Source: Pelagomonas calceolata (taxonomy: Eukaryota). From it: 64,000 bases of DNA. The stretch is taken from contig CAKKNE010000005.1 in assembly GCA_918797485.1 (NCBI GenBank), positions 3,658,001-3,722,000 of the forward strand, read 5' to 3'. The position numbers and the translations under genes were made by a program. The notes beneath the pieces were generated by a model. It was not told the DNA's origin. It saw only the letters and a list, made by a program, of their open reading frames with translations, and made no database searches. Positions 35,295 through 46,412 of this stretch are shown in pieces (positions within the stretch are counted from its first letter, which is position 1; each line of letters opens with the position of its first letter).

Positions 35295-36668
35295 ATGCTC
35301 GCCGGCGTCCTCGTGTTCATCCTGGTGGCGCCCGCGACGCCCCTCGCCCCGGCGACGAAGCCGCCCTCGAGCCGCGACGTCGGCCGCCTCGTGAACGAGG
35401 CTGCGACCGTCGAAGACGCCCTCGCGACGGCGCGACTGCTCCCACTGGCTGGCGAGGAGACGCAGCACTGGGAGACGCAAGACGTCCATATTGCGAGACG
35501 ACGCAAGTCGCTGACGGCGCTGCTCCGACGCGTCACGCGCTGGACGGTCGGTGGCGCCGCGGCGGAGGCGCGACGGGGCGTGCTGGCGAACGACGACTTT
35601 ACACGTTGCATGCATCTGCTGGCCGAACCGGGGCCTGCAGAGGCGTACGCCGCCGAGCGACGCGACGGCCTGCGGCTCGTCGCCGCGCTGGCGCAGGCGC
35701 CGGACGCGCTGGCGCCCGTAGCGCAGGACGTCGACGCCGCCTTCCGCGTGGCGCTCGACGAGCTCGACGGCGCGCCGGGCGCCACGACCGGTTTACATTG
35801 GGCGGCAAAGCGCTGCGCGGCCGCCGGCGCGCCCGTGGCCACGTTGGATGCGCTAGGCGCGGCGGAGAGCGCGCTTCGCCTGCCGTTCCGCGTGCACGTG
35901 AACGCCGTGACCCTGCCCGGCGTCGGAGAGCTCGCGGCGGCCCTGCCGCTGCGCGCGGACACGATCGCGACGAAAAGTGGAGCGCTGGTGCTCGAGCGGC
36001 GGCGGACGGCGTGGCTCGCCGAGCCCGGCATCGGGGCACTGGCCTACAGCGGCAAACTCATGGCACCGGAGCCCATCCCCGACGCCGTCCGAAAGATCCG
36101 TGACTCTGTGCAACGGCAGTGCATAAATCAGATTGTCGCGGCGCGTTGCCACCCGACTCACTGATTGATTTGCGCACAGGTCAATGGCATGCTCGACGCG
36201 CCAAAATTTGACTGCGCTTTGTGCAACCTCTACCCGGCGGGCGAGGACGCGGCGTGCAAGTTCCACAGCGATCCTGAGCACGGGTCGCACTGGCACCTGT
36301 CGACAGCCGTCGTATCATGTGGGGAGCCACGGCGATTCGCCTTCCGAAGGATAGGGGCGGAAGATGACGAGCACGACCGCCACTCCTTCCATTTATTTGA
36401 CGGCGATGTCGTTGAGATGTTCGATAATTGTCAAGACATCTACCAGCACGCGGTGTTGGCGCCCGAGGACGCGACGACGAACCAGGGCGCAAGAGTATCG
36501 CTCGTGTTCAAAAACGCGCTGCTCTTGCCGTCCGGGAAGAAGGGGCACGGGCTCCCGGGCTCCGGCACTCGTAGCGACCGGAGAAAGGCGAAGATCAAAG
36601 TCGCGGGCGACGAGCGGCCGAAGCCGAAGCCTGGACGACGGCGGCGGCGAGCTACTGCGTCGCGGTGA
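35295..36668 (+). CDS. AlkB-family 2OG-Fe(II) oxygenase with N-terminal targeting peptide; intron 36108-36179
   Basis: ERRRTAW, YSGK, FDCALCNLY, FHSD (HxD), VVSCGEPRRFAFR, YQHAV, RVSLVFK. Confidence 0.85.
36117..36179 (+). mobile_element. Introner (type B)
   Basis: CAGTGCATAAATCA / TTGATTTGCGCACAG; TSD GT(G)CAACGG/GTCAATGG. Confidence 0.85.
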
Positions 36669-36742
36669 TAAGTACCTTGTATGTGTCAAACGCCATCGGC
36701 GCGACAGGATAAGTAAGATACGTTAAAGCCGGGGGAGACAAC

Positions 36743-37681
36743 CTAGGCGTCGTCCATCTTCGCATCCCCATCACCGTCCTTCTCGACGGCCTTCGTGATC
36801 GCGTCGAGGAAGCTCTGGACCGGATCACCAGTGAGAGGCGCCGCCTCCAATCCAAAGTTCGCTAGAATGGACGCGTAGTTTTCGGGGGTGAGTAAAGCGC
36901 TCGTCAGCTGCGATAGGGCCTGGCGGAACTGCGGCGCCCGTATGAGCGTCTTCAACTCGTCGACGTTGCGCTGGGACTCGGGCAGGTGCTGCAATAATCT
37001 CTCAACTACTGTTTGATCATTCAACACACCAGAAGCGTCGACGGCGTCGCCCGTCGCCACATCACCCAATGAAACACGCTGTTGTTGGGAGGACATGGCC
37101 GCCGCGAGCGACCGAGCCAGCGCGTCCGAGTCCACGCTTCCAGCGGGTGCAGGTGCAGCGGCGGGCATGTCTAGCGACGCAAAAACGTCCTGGATGTTGT
37201 CCAAGCTCAAAGGTGCTTGCCCGGCAGGAGCAGGCGCCGGATTGTTCCTCAGAGCTCGCAATGAAGCCCCCAAATCAGCACCATCACCATTTAAAGCTTT
37301 ATTTAACTTCTCGACGAGCTCCTTATCGTTACTATCGTCCGCGTCCTGCATCCAGAAGAAGAAGCGCCGGTCCTCCTGGGCCTTGAACTGGAGGATGTAC
37401 ACTCGATCCTCGTCCCGTCCGGTGGACGTCCTTTGGAACTCGGCGTCCCCGGGGAAGACCATGGTATCAATATTGGGATCCACCGCGCAGGGCATCTCCC
37501 GGCTCCTCCATTGAAAATGGTTCACGTCGTCCTTCTTCACGACTATCACTTCTCCTCGGTCCTTTTGTGGTGTGATCCACAACTTCCCGGCGGCGCGCTT
37601 CGCCTCGTCGCGGTGGGGTTCTACTTTACATTTACCGGCCTTGATGGCCACGATGGGCTCGGGGCCGGAGGGTGCGAACAT
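36743..37681 (-). CDS. RPN13: Proteasome ubiquitin receptor RPN13/ADRM1
   Basis: IKAGK, HFQWRSR, MVFPGDAEF, RVYILQF, RFFFWMQD (Pru domain); LLQHLPE..PQFRQAL (UCH37-binding region). Confidence 0.93.
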   Translation of the reverse strand: MFAPSGPEPIVAIKAGKCKVEPHRDEAKRAAGKLWITPQKDRGEVIVVKKDDVNHFQWRSREMPCAVDPNIDTMVFPGDAEFQRTSTGRDEDRVYILQFKAQEDRRFFFWMQDADDSNDKELVEKLNKALNGDGADLGASLRALRNNPAPAPAGQAPLSLDNIQDVFASLDMPAAAPAPAGSVDSDALARSLAAAMSSQQQRVSLGDVATGDAVDASGVLNDQTVVERLLQHLPESQRNVDELKTLIRAPQFRQALSQLTSALLTPENYASILANFGLEAAPLTGDPVQSFLDAITKAVEKDGDGDAKMDDA

Positions 37682-37877
37682 CTTTGCGCGCTGCGTCGGC
37701 GGCGCTCGGTCACGTCGCGGAGGCGAGGAGCTGGTCTGGCCTTTGGAGGGCCGCGGCGTGCACGCAGTTGCGCGCGCGCGGTCCGGGCGATTGCTGCTGT
37801 GAGCGAAGCTCTTGCAGCGCGTGTTGCAGGCCGCGCAGGCGCCGTAAATCGATGCGCCGCGAAGACCTCTGGTTCCC

Positions 37878-37897
37878 TTAGTGTCCTTAAACGCTAG
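37878..37897. promoter_or_regulatory. CTAG-box variant, divergent promoter
   Basis: TTAGTGTCCTTAAACGCTAG. Confidence 0.5.
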
Positions 37898-38066
37898 CTT
37901 TATTTTTTTCGGCAGCTCGCACAAGCCACGTGTCGCTGCCTCCCTGCTCGTAGAAGGACGTGCGGACTCGCACTTGCAGTGCCGGCCGCGGAGAAGCCAT
38001 CGCTGCGAGACTTGGCAGTTCTAAGCAATTCTCAAAAAGACAAGCTGTGCACAGCATCCATCTCTG

Positions 38067-39373
38067 ATGATGCGGCCGCTCCTCGTCTGCGCCCTGGCAG
38101 CCACGGCCGCGGCGGAAGTCGTCCAGGTCGACGCCCCGACCGTCGGCGCCTTCCTCGAGAACGCCGCGGACAAATTAGTAATACTCGACTTCTACGCGCC
38201 CTGGTGCGGCCACTGCCAGCGCCTGGAGCCCGTGCTCACGAAGTTTGCCCTGGACCACCCCGACGTCGCCGTCGCTAAAATCGACGCGACGAAACGGATG
38301 AACGAGAGGCTCGCCGATGCACACGGCGCGGACTCCTATCCCACTCTACGGTTCAGAAGGAGCGGTTCTACTGAGTTCGTCGACTACGACGGAGCGCGAG
38401 ACGCGGAGGGCTTCGCATTGCTCGCGGCGCGTTTACAAAAGCCGGCCATCGCGAGGCTCAAAAAGTACGACGCAAAGGCACTGGAGAAACTGACAGTACA
38501 TAAACCGCGCGTCGCCTTCCTGCTGACGGCGCCCTTTGAGGAAAATCTGAAAGAATTTGAAAGCGTCGCGAACGACCTGGCGCATGTGGCGTCCTTTGCT
38601 TTGGTTGATGATCACAAGAATACAGGATTGTACCCGGGCAAGGTGGGCTGCGTCGCGCCGAACGCTTCCGTGCACCGCTTCCCGGGCGGGGACCTGCGGG
38701 TGTCTTCCAGCGTCTTCGCTCGTCTTCGAAGTCGTCGGCGCGATGGCGTGGAGACGTGCTCTCGTCCTTGGCGTCGCGCCGACGATGCGCCGCCGACGCG
38801 TGACCCCCACCGCAGGACTGGGTCGAGAAGCACAACGAGGAGCTCGTATCGTCTTTAGGACCGCACAACTTCCGGCGCATCGGCCTGAAGAGGATGGTCG
38901 TGGCTGCTGTTGTCGACCCCGAGGAGGACCTCGCAGCTCAAGGCGCCGAGGCGCTCATGCGCGCCGCGGCGGCGGGCTTCCATGCGGACATCCGCGAGGC
39001 CTTCGCCTTCGGCGTGCTCGACGGGAGGCGCTGGGACGAGTACATCGCGACGTTCGACTTGCAGGTGTCGGACCTGCCGCGCGTCCTCGTGCTCGATCGG
39101 CCGGCGGAGCGTTTTTTTGACGAGTACCGGCCGCCGGAGACGGGCGACGGCGAGGTCGCGGCCGCGGCGCTGCGGAACTACCTCCGGTCCATAATGAGGG
39201 GCGAGGCGAAGGCGCGGTACCTGAACTGGCGCGGCTTCCCGGACCGGTTGAAGCGGTTCTGGGCGAGGCGCAAGGGGCTGGTGCTCGCGGGGGCTGTCGT
39301 GGTCGTGTTGCTGTTCGTGGCGATCGGGCGGGCGTGCGCCGGTGGGGATGAGGAGAAGGAGAAGGAGGAGTAG
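38067..39373 (+). CDS. Membrane-anchored protein disulfide isomerase (TMX3-like); intron 38700-38815
   Basis: Signal peptide, FYAPWCGHCQRL, C-terminal TM helix, KEKEE ER-retrieval-like end. Confidence 0.88.
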
Positions 39374-39418
39374 CGTATATGGCCTTAAGTCTACGAGAAG
39401 CTGTTTCGGAGGGATGAG

Positions 39419-39438
39419 TTAGCGTAGTAAGCCACTAG
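39419..39438. promoter_or_regulatory. CTAG-box variant (reverse orientation)
   Basis: Reverse complement CTAGTGGCTTACTACGCTAA. Confidence 0.45.
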
Positions 39439-39650
39439 TGAATGACAGGGACTTGATCCACCTTGATTGACGTGTACGGGGCGAGGCACTGGTGAGGAGC
39501 TCCCTGTCAATTATACGCTGTCGACGCGCCCTCGACCATACGCCAACAGCGAGAGCACCAGCGCCGCCGCTCCCAGCCCTCACAGCATCGGAGAGGCTTT
39601 GTGCTGCCACAGGACAAGCCGCCCTGAAGCGCAGCGAATCGACAACGATA

Positions 39651-41359
39651 ATGGCTGCGCGATGGCTAGCCCTAACAGCTGCGGCCACGGCCTACCTCCC
39701 GCCGTCGCAGCCCAGGAGAAGCCTACGCTTGCACATGTCCGACGACAGCTGGGCCCAGGAGCTCGCGCAGGCCGGCGGCGGCTTTGAAAGGCAGGAGGCG
39801 TCGCGCTGGCAGAAGAGCGACAGAGGCAAGGCCGACGCCGAGTCACGGGCAAGAAATGATGCCATCCTCAAGTGGCTCGAGGGCAATGATGTGTGGGTCT
39901 CGGAGCTCTCGGGCTGGAACGAGCCGCCCCATTCGTTAGCGTTGGCGACGTCGACGTTCGACGAACTCGAGGGCGAAGATTCTGGGAGAGGGTTGTTGGC
40001 GAGGAGAGCGATAGCCCAGGACGCCATCCTCGCGCGCTTACCTGTCAGGTTATGTATGACGAAAGAAGCGGCGCTGGAAGCGAGGGAGCTCAAGGGCATC
40101 GTTTCGCAAGACACTAACGAGTACGTTGCTATCGCCTTGCTACTCATCGGCGAGGCCCAGAAGCCGAACTCCTTCTGGAGGGAGTATATTGAGGTCCTCC
40201 CGTCCGTCGAAGACGTCTCGGCGACGTTCACCTGGTCCGAAGACGAATTACAATACTTAGAAGGCTCGCCGGCGAGGCAGGCCACCGCGTCGATGCAGGA
40301 CAAGCTGCGGAGGGAGCATGCGTCTATTTTGGAGCAATATCCTCAGCTAGATAGATCAGTATTCACGCTGGAACGGTGGACCTGGGCCTTTTCTAATTTA
40401 TTTAGTAGAGCTATCAGGCTGAAGGCGGGCCGGGTCGACGAGTTTTTGGCCTTGGTGCCGTACATCGATTTTATAAATCACTCGCCGTTTGGATGCGGCG
40501 TCTTCACGTCGACGCGGTCTTCATGAAGACGTCGACGCGATGCCGCGTCGCCGCGACGCCGTCTTCATGATCACACGAGAGTCTACGCGTCGACGCGGTC
40601 GCCGCGACGCCGTCGACGCGGCCGTCAGAGAGTCTACGCGTCGACGCGGTCGTCATGATCACACGAGAGTCTCAACACAGGTTCAGTTCTTCGTACGTCG
40701 ACGCGCGCGCCATCCCCAAGGCCTTCCCCTGGGAGGCCGAGGAGGACGAGGTTGTTTTGTTCGCCGATAGAGCTTATAAACAGTTCGACCAGATTTTTAT
40801 ATCGTACGGCCCGCGGCCGAATTCGGACTTGCTGCTGCTGTACGGCTTTGCGCTCGATAGGAACCCGTTCAATAGCGTCGATTTGGTCGTGGGCGCGAAC
40901 GCGGACCAGGACCCCCTATTCGACCAGAAGCGGGCCTTCGCGGCGAGTGCGGGTAGAGATGTCGCGAGAGCCGCGTTTCCCTTGTATGCCGATCGCTACC
41001 CCGATGAATTGGTGCAGTTCCTGCGCATGGCCTGCGCCACGATGGAGCACCTCGGGAATTTGCCGCTAAATGCGCCGGAGACGTACGTGGACATTGTTTC
41101 CTTGGACAATGAATTGGCCGTGTTGGAGACGATCCGGGAAGCCGCCACTAGCGCTCTCAATGCGTATCCGCCACCCAATGACGACATCCCGGCGGCGTTC
41201 CTGTCGCGGAACCAGCGCATGGCGCGGCGCCTCGTGCAGACCGAACAGCGCATCCTGCAGAAGACCGTCGCGGCGACGGAGCGGAAGGCGCGGGAGCTGC
41301 AGAGTGCGCCGCCTTCCTTCGAGCGGCGGACGCCGGACCTGCTGTCGAACTTTAAGTAG
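39651..41359 (+). CDS. Plastid SET-domain (Rubisco LSMT-like) lysine methyltransferase; intron 40487-40680
   Basis: Leader ..TAAATA-YLPP; GRGLLA, SFWREYIEVLP, LVPYIDFINHS, QIFISYGPRPNSDLLLLYGF. Confidence 0.9.
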
Positions 41360-41475
41360 TCTCCGTGTATTGTCGCGGCGATGGCGTCTAGGAGCTGTGA
41401 TTTCGCTGTCTTTGAGAGAGAGAGAGAGTCGCTTATTGAACCCATCCCCAGGTAGTACGGGACGAACTTTTTTTG

Positions 41476-41497
41476 CTAGCGGCATGTAAGACACTAG
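41476..41497. promoter_or_regulatory. CTAG-box (reverse orientation)
   Basis: Reverse complement CTAGTGTCTTACATGCCGCTAG. Confidence 0.65.
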
Positions 41498-41647
41498 AAC
41501 CAGCTCAATGGCCCGAATTGTGCTTTGTGCGTGAGCGCTGCGATTCGAAATCCAGCATTTCCTGCATTCTGGAGACGTTCTAACACACAGCTACGCGTTC
41601 AACAAGAAGAGCGGTGACTGAAAGACGTATAACAGCAGTCTGACACG

Positions 41648-42345
41648 ATGCTCCGCCAGCTCTTCTTTTTGACGGCGTGCGCCAGCGCCTTCCTGCCAAA
41701 CAGGCCGCGCTGCGGACCGAAACCGCTCCGCGCCGAGACGGAGGACGACAACCTCGTCGTCGACGACGCCGCGCGCGCGTCGCTGGAAAAGCTCGCGCTC
41801 ATGACGCGGTCGAGGCTGATGAAAGGCCGCGCCCGAAGTCGTCGGGCACCGCGCGGCGGCGGCGCGCGGAGGAGCGCAAGCTCGTCGAGGTCCTCGGCCG
41901 GACGACGGAACCCGAACAGTTCAAAGCTGCGATCGACGGCCTCTGGAGCCTCTGGTTCTCGGAGCGAGGCAGCGAGAACAAGGCGAAGCTCGAGGCCGTC
42001 GACCGGCTCATCTCCGAGGGCGAGGCCTCGCAGTGGGTCGAGGCGTCCGAGGCCGCGCGGAAGCTGGCCGAGGAGCACGACGACTGGCCCGAGGCCCTGA
42101 ACCGGCTAGCTACCGTTGAGTACCTGCGGGGCGAATATGACGTTTCAGTCGAGCTCTGCAAGAAGGTCCTCGCCGCGAAAATCCACCATTTCGGCGCCCT
42201 GTCGGGCATCTGCATGTGCTACCAGAAGCTTGGGGATGAAGAAGCGCTCGCCGAGTGGCGGGAGCGCATGCTGCCGAACGACCCGTCGGCGCGGCGGCGC
42301 TGGGCCGACCGGGCGATTCGTGCGCTAGACCGGTTGGATGGATAA
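41648..42345 (+). CDS. Plastid-targeted TPR protein with apparent -1 frameshift near 41786-41802
   Basis: CASA-FLP leader in one frame; LWSLWFSERG, WPEALNRLATVEYLRG, HFGALSG in the other frame. Confidence 0.7.
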
Positions 42346-42402
42346 GATATTTCGTGTGTGCTACAATGAATTAATCTTTATAAACGTGAATTGGCTGGAG
42401 CT

Positions 42403-43530
42403 CTACTCGTCCTTCTTGGAGAACTTGCTCTGGAGCTTGCCGATGAGCTGGAACAGGCGGAAGCGCTTCGAGGGCTTGTACGGCTTCATTTCCGGAATGG
42501 GGAGCGAGCGCCCTACGCCGTAGAAGAACGCAAAGGCGCCGCCGAGGCCGCCCGTGTTGCCTTGTCTGCGGTCGACGGTGTAGAAGCCGAACTCCTTGAC
42601 GAGGCCGTCCGCCGTGAAGTCCATGTGCATGCACTGGGGCGGGTTGATAATCTCCTTGCCCGTGGCCTGTGTGGAAATCAAAATTTTACGGCGCGTTCGT
42701 GCTGAATCATCGCGTCGTCCTCCACGCCTGCTCGATGGCGTGGCGACGCACTGGTTGATTTCCACACAGCCCGTGGCCTTGCCGAAGCGCTTCGAGTCGG
42801 CGACGTGCTTGCCGAGGGTACGCGTGTGGAACCAAACGCGGTTCGTCTGCGTCGGGTCCACTCTGAATAAGTGGTACTGCGCGTTGACGTCGAAGCTCTC
42901 CTCGAGCTTGAAATCCGCGAGGGCCGCCAGGTACTCCTCCTTCGGGAGCGGGCCGACCACGGGAGCGCAGAACTCGAAGCCCTCGGCGAGGCAGGCACCC
43001 TCGTCCTTCGTGCCGATGCCCGCCGTGAGCACCTCCTTGGCGCGCGCGACGAGATCCTCCGGCTTGATCGGAAAGTCAGACGCGAGGAACAGGGCCTCCT
43101 CGTCGACACACCTGTGCGCAAATCAATCGGTCGTGATTCAGCCGTGGGCGAACAAGCGCCGCGGAAGTTTTGATGTATGCACTGCGACGCACTGCGCCGC
43201 GAAGTCGGCCTCGGCGCCGGACGCGAGCTTGACGGGCGCGGCGGCCGCGGCCAGCTCGGCCGGCGTCGGAGTGGGCTTGACGGCGGCCGGCGCGGCGACC
43301 GCGGCTTCGAGCGACGGGAGGCTCTCGAGGTACGACGGCGCGGCGACCGTGGCTTCGATGGTCGGCGACGACGTCTGCGGCAACGACTCCAGGTACGACG
43401 CGCTGTCCTTCGCAACCCTCGCATTGTCCATGGTCGCAGTGTTGGCCTGGACAGCCCGCTTCGCGATGTTGTTGAGGTAGCTGTTCTCGAACGCGGTGGC
43501 GCCGAGCGCCAGGGCCAGTATGCATTTCAT
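42403..43530 (-). CDS. Plastid-targeted hypothetical protein (possibly NTF2/SnoaL-like); introns 43112-43192 and 42667-42777
   Basis: GATA-F leader; removing the introns gives FEFCAPVVGP..VDPTQTNRVWF..TGKEIINPPQ..YTVDRRQGNTGGLGG. Confidence 0.8.
42667..42769 (-). mobile_element. Introner (type A) with GC donor
   Basis: Perfect 15-bp TIR CTGTGTGGAAATCAA; perfect TSD GCCACGGG; closely similar to the 33059 copy. Confidence 0.93.
43112..43184 (-). mobile_element. Introner (type B)
   Basis: CAGTGCATACATCAA / TTGATTTGCGCACAG; TSD GTGCGTCG/GTGTGTCG. Confidence 0.88.
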
Positions 43531-43820
43531 GATGCAAACGTACGAACTGCTACTGATTTTGCCCTAATTTGGAAGCTGCATGACCGGACTGAGTTGGTCC
43601 CATCGAGCTCACCGAAGTCCGCGCATGGTTCGCCGCTGCGCAGGACTCTTCTCGAACGCCACGTGAGTACAGGCAGATTAGGAACCCACCTCTCCTTAGG
43701 TTGCCTCGACGCTCGGCGGCCCGCGCCCGCCGCCCGGCCGGCAAGGAGTCCGAGGAGCCGGTGCTAGGGAGCGGTCAGCGCACGAATAGAAACACAGGTT
43801 ACTTAAGACACCACAGGCTA

Positions 43821-46127
43821 CTACGCCAGGAACGTCCGCAGCACGAACTGCGTGAGCTGCTCCTTCGAGAGGTACATCAATGTATTGGAAATAACAGTGT
43901 GCACGAGTTTGATGGACAGCCCGTCCCAGACCGACGCATTTCTAGAATGAGTCCCGTGCCCGGCCTGCAACCTTGACCTATACCACTGCAGCGGGTGCGT
44001 CGCGGTGGCCGCGATCAAGGTAGCAAAGGCCGCGCAGACCGTCACCAAGCCGGAAGAAGCATCTAATGTGGAAGCCGACGCACCCCGCAGCAACCCCTCG
44101 TACAAGGTCTGGCGCAACGTCGGGAAGAGCACCAATACCGTATTCGGCAGTATCCCCGCACACGGCCAGCACCAGCGCCGCTTCCGCTCACTCACAGAAG
44201 GTAAGGCAGACAACCCACCCTGCAACCGCGTCACGGCGACCCACAGGGGGTTCGTCGCCAAAACGTTCAGGGCCCCCGCGACGAACGTCAGCAAGAACGT
44301 CTTGGCGCCCTGCCGCGCGTGGCCTCCAGTATGATTCTCGCCACTCAAATGGTTGAGGAACTCGTGGGCCGTCCAGAAGACGGCGCCCGACGCGTAGACC
44401 GCTAGAGCCGCCAAGGCCACCCCTCGGTATAACGATGAACACCCATTGGACAAGCCAAGCGGCTCGCCGAGCATCGCTCTTGTTTGTAAGGTAGACAGAG
44501 GATAGGTGGCCACGAACGACGCCATCATCGAGAAGGCTCCTAAGAATCCAGCAACTAAAGGTGGCGCGCGCTTCTCCGGAGCTTTGGGCTCCGCGCACTC
44601 CCCAAACGTAATGCGCCCTTCTCGTCTGATGACGGCGTCTTCCGGCAGACTAGCGACGTGCCTCCTGAGGGCGTCGACGTCCTTGAGCCACTCGGGCTGC
44701 AGGGGATGTAAACGGGAAGCATTCGCGAGAGAGAAGCCGTCGCCTCCACCAGCAAGCCAGGACGTGACGACGACGTCGATCGGTCCGGTAGGTCGTGAGA
44801 AGCCCCGCTGGGGACAGGCACTCTTTACCTTCGTGTCGTCGAAGGTCAACGTCTGGCCCTTCGTCTGTGTTTGTGCGCAGTCGAAGTGCCGCACAAACAC
44901 GCGAGCTCTATCATCATTCAGGACGATCCTCACGTTATTTGAACCTTGGAGGAAGCCGCCGCCCGTCGTCTTCAAGCTTTGAGCCCCGAACGCCACAAAC
45001 GCCTCTAGAGCATTTACTGATGGAAAGCGCACGACCTCCAATCTATTGGCCCAAGGCAAGATATTGGTGGCCTCGTCCCGCCCGAACTTACCAACTTTGA
45101 CGGCGCCGCGCACCGACCCCGATTCAATTAATGCGATCAACGGCACGCGTCTCTGCGCGTGGCAGGCGGCACTGCGGGCCATGGCGTCGGCCACGAGATT
45201 GCCCATCGCGCACTCTGATGCTCTACAAGCAAGAGCGTCGGCGCCTTGTTTTATCGAGCGCCAGGGCGGCTTGACCGATGGCGCGTGCCTCGAGAGTTCG
45301 CCGTCGATCACCTCATGTTTATGTTTATGTGCATCGAGCGCATGCATCTCGGACCGCGCACTGACCACCGTCACGTTGCCCTTTCGTCGCGCGAGGCTCA
45401 ACCGCAACACGCCAAGATGCGACGCCGCCGCGCCGGCCTGCAACACGACGGGCCCATCATTGAAGGAAGACCGGTGCCTCACGAGGTGCGTGTGTCCCCC
45501 CACGACCGCGTCGATGACATGAGACTTTGCAATTTCCACATCGAAGTCGTAGCCGCAGTGGCCCAGCGCGATCACGATATGAACTGATCTTTTAAGCTTC
45601 ACTGCTTCTTCAATAACTCGATCGGTCATCTTTTGATCACAAGACGTCTTTGGCAACGAAGACCGCCACTCGGCCGGCCCCAGCGCCGACGTGTCGCAGT
45701 AGCCCACAAATCCAATTTTCAGGTCGCCCACTTCTACTATTGAGGAGCATTTTATGGCATCGTAGTGGCCGCAGAGGTTCGTCGAGACGAGCGGCGCTCG
45801 TGCCGTCGCGGAAAAGTTGCGAAAAGAAGAAGCCAGCTCCAAATCGTGGTTGCCCACGCCCAGCACGGCATAGCCGAGCGCGCGCATGACCCGGCCCATG
45901 CCCGCCGGGCCCGCGCGCCGGAAGTAGCCCGTGCCAATATACGAATCGCCGCTGTCGACGAGCAGCTTCGGCTCCGGGAGTGACGCGTAGATTTGTGAAG
46001 CGTGCTTGAGCGGTGCGATCTCTCCATGTAAGTCGCTCGTGAAGGCGATCGTGAGCTCCGTGTTGTTTTTGTGATGCTTTTTGGCATGGCTGCTTGCTAC
46101 TGCTGCTAGGAGCAGGAGCCGTGCCAT
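43821..46127 (-). CDS. 5'-nucleotidase/apyrase fused to a mitochondrial-carrier-family (SLC25, PMP34-like) domain
   Basis: Signal peptide; SDLHG, DSGD, GNHD, GH, GGHTH metallophosphatase motifs; MGNLVADAM, SGSVR, WLAGGGDGF C-domain; three carrier repeats YPLSTLQTR, NPLWVAVTRLQ, HPLQWYRSRLQ. Confidence 0.88.
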   Translation of the reverse strand: MARLLLLAAVASSHAKKHHKNNTELTIAFTSDLHGEIAPLKHASQIYASLPEPKLLVDSGDSYIGTGYFRRAGPAGMGRVMRALGYAVLGVGNHDLELASSFRNFSATARAPLVSTNLCGHYDAIKCSSIVEVGDLKIGFVGYCDTSALGPAEWRSSLPKTSCDQKMTDRVIEEAVKLKRSVHIVIALGHCGYDFDVEIAKSHVIDAVVGGHTHLVRHRSSFNDGPVVLQAGAAASHLGVLRLSLARRKGNVTVVSARSEMHALDAHKHKHEVIDGELSRHAPSVKPPWRSIKQGADALACRASECAMGNLVADAMARSAACHAQRRVPLIALIESGSVRGAVKVGKFGRDEATNILPWANRLEVVRFPSVNALEAFVAFGAQSLKTTGGGFLQGSNNVRIVLNDDRARVFVRHFDCAQTQTKGQTLTFDDTKVKSACPQRGFSRPTGPIDVVVTSWLAGGGDGFSLANASRLHPLQPEWLKDVDALRRHVASLPEDAVIRREGRITFGECAEPKAPEKRAPPLVAGFLGAFSMMASFVATYPLSTLQTRAMLGEPLGLSNGCSSLYRGVALAALAVYASGAVFWTAHEFLNHLSGENHTGGHARQGAKTFLLTFVAGALNVLATNPLWVAVTRLQGGLSALPSVSERKRRWCWPCAGILPNTVLVLFPTLRQTLYEGLLRGASASTLDASSGLVTVCAAFATLIAATATHPLQWYRSRLQAGHGTHSRNASVWDGLSIKLVHTVISNTLMYLSKEQLTQFVLRTFLA

Positions 46128-46343
46128 CTGGCAGCGCAGCGGTGATCTATCGTATTTATGTTGAATTATTAACGCCGTGTGGGGCCTGCTCTATGCATGC
46201 ATTGCTGCGCTTTTTGCATGCCATGCAGCCAAAAAAATTGACCTATTGAGTTTGCGCGGCTCGGCTAAGCCTCCTCCCGAGGCCTGCCGGCGGCTCTGAG
46301 GGGTCCGTGGGTGCTTCATGTTGGCTAGCAAGCGTGGTTTTTG

Positions 46344-46366
46344 CTAGCGCAAAACACACACACTAG
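46344..46366. promoter_or_regulatory. CTAG-box variant (reverse orientation), divergent promoter
   Basis: Reverse complement CTAGTGTGTGTGTTTTGCGCTAG. Confidence 0.5.
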
Positions 46367-46412
46367 GAAGCGGTTGTTTGAGCAGCCACTTTTGCGACGC
46401 CGCTAGCTCCTG

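Noticed and set aside
33335..37681. NPL4 and RPN13 close together as a ubiquitin-proteasome cluster; likewise dynein near IFT46
   Set aside because: Unrelated genes intervene and chance is sufficient; the dynein looks cytoplasmic-1-like rather than IFT dynein.
41414..41428. (GA)n microsatellite
   Set aside because: Short and ordinary.
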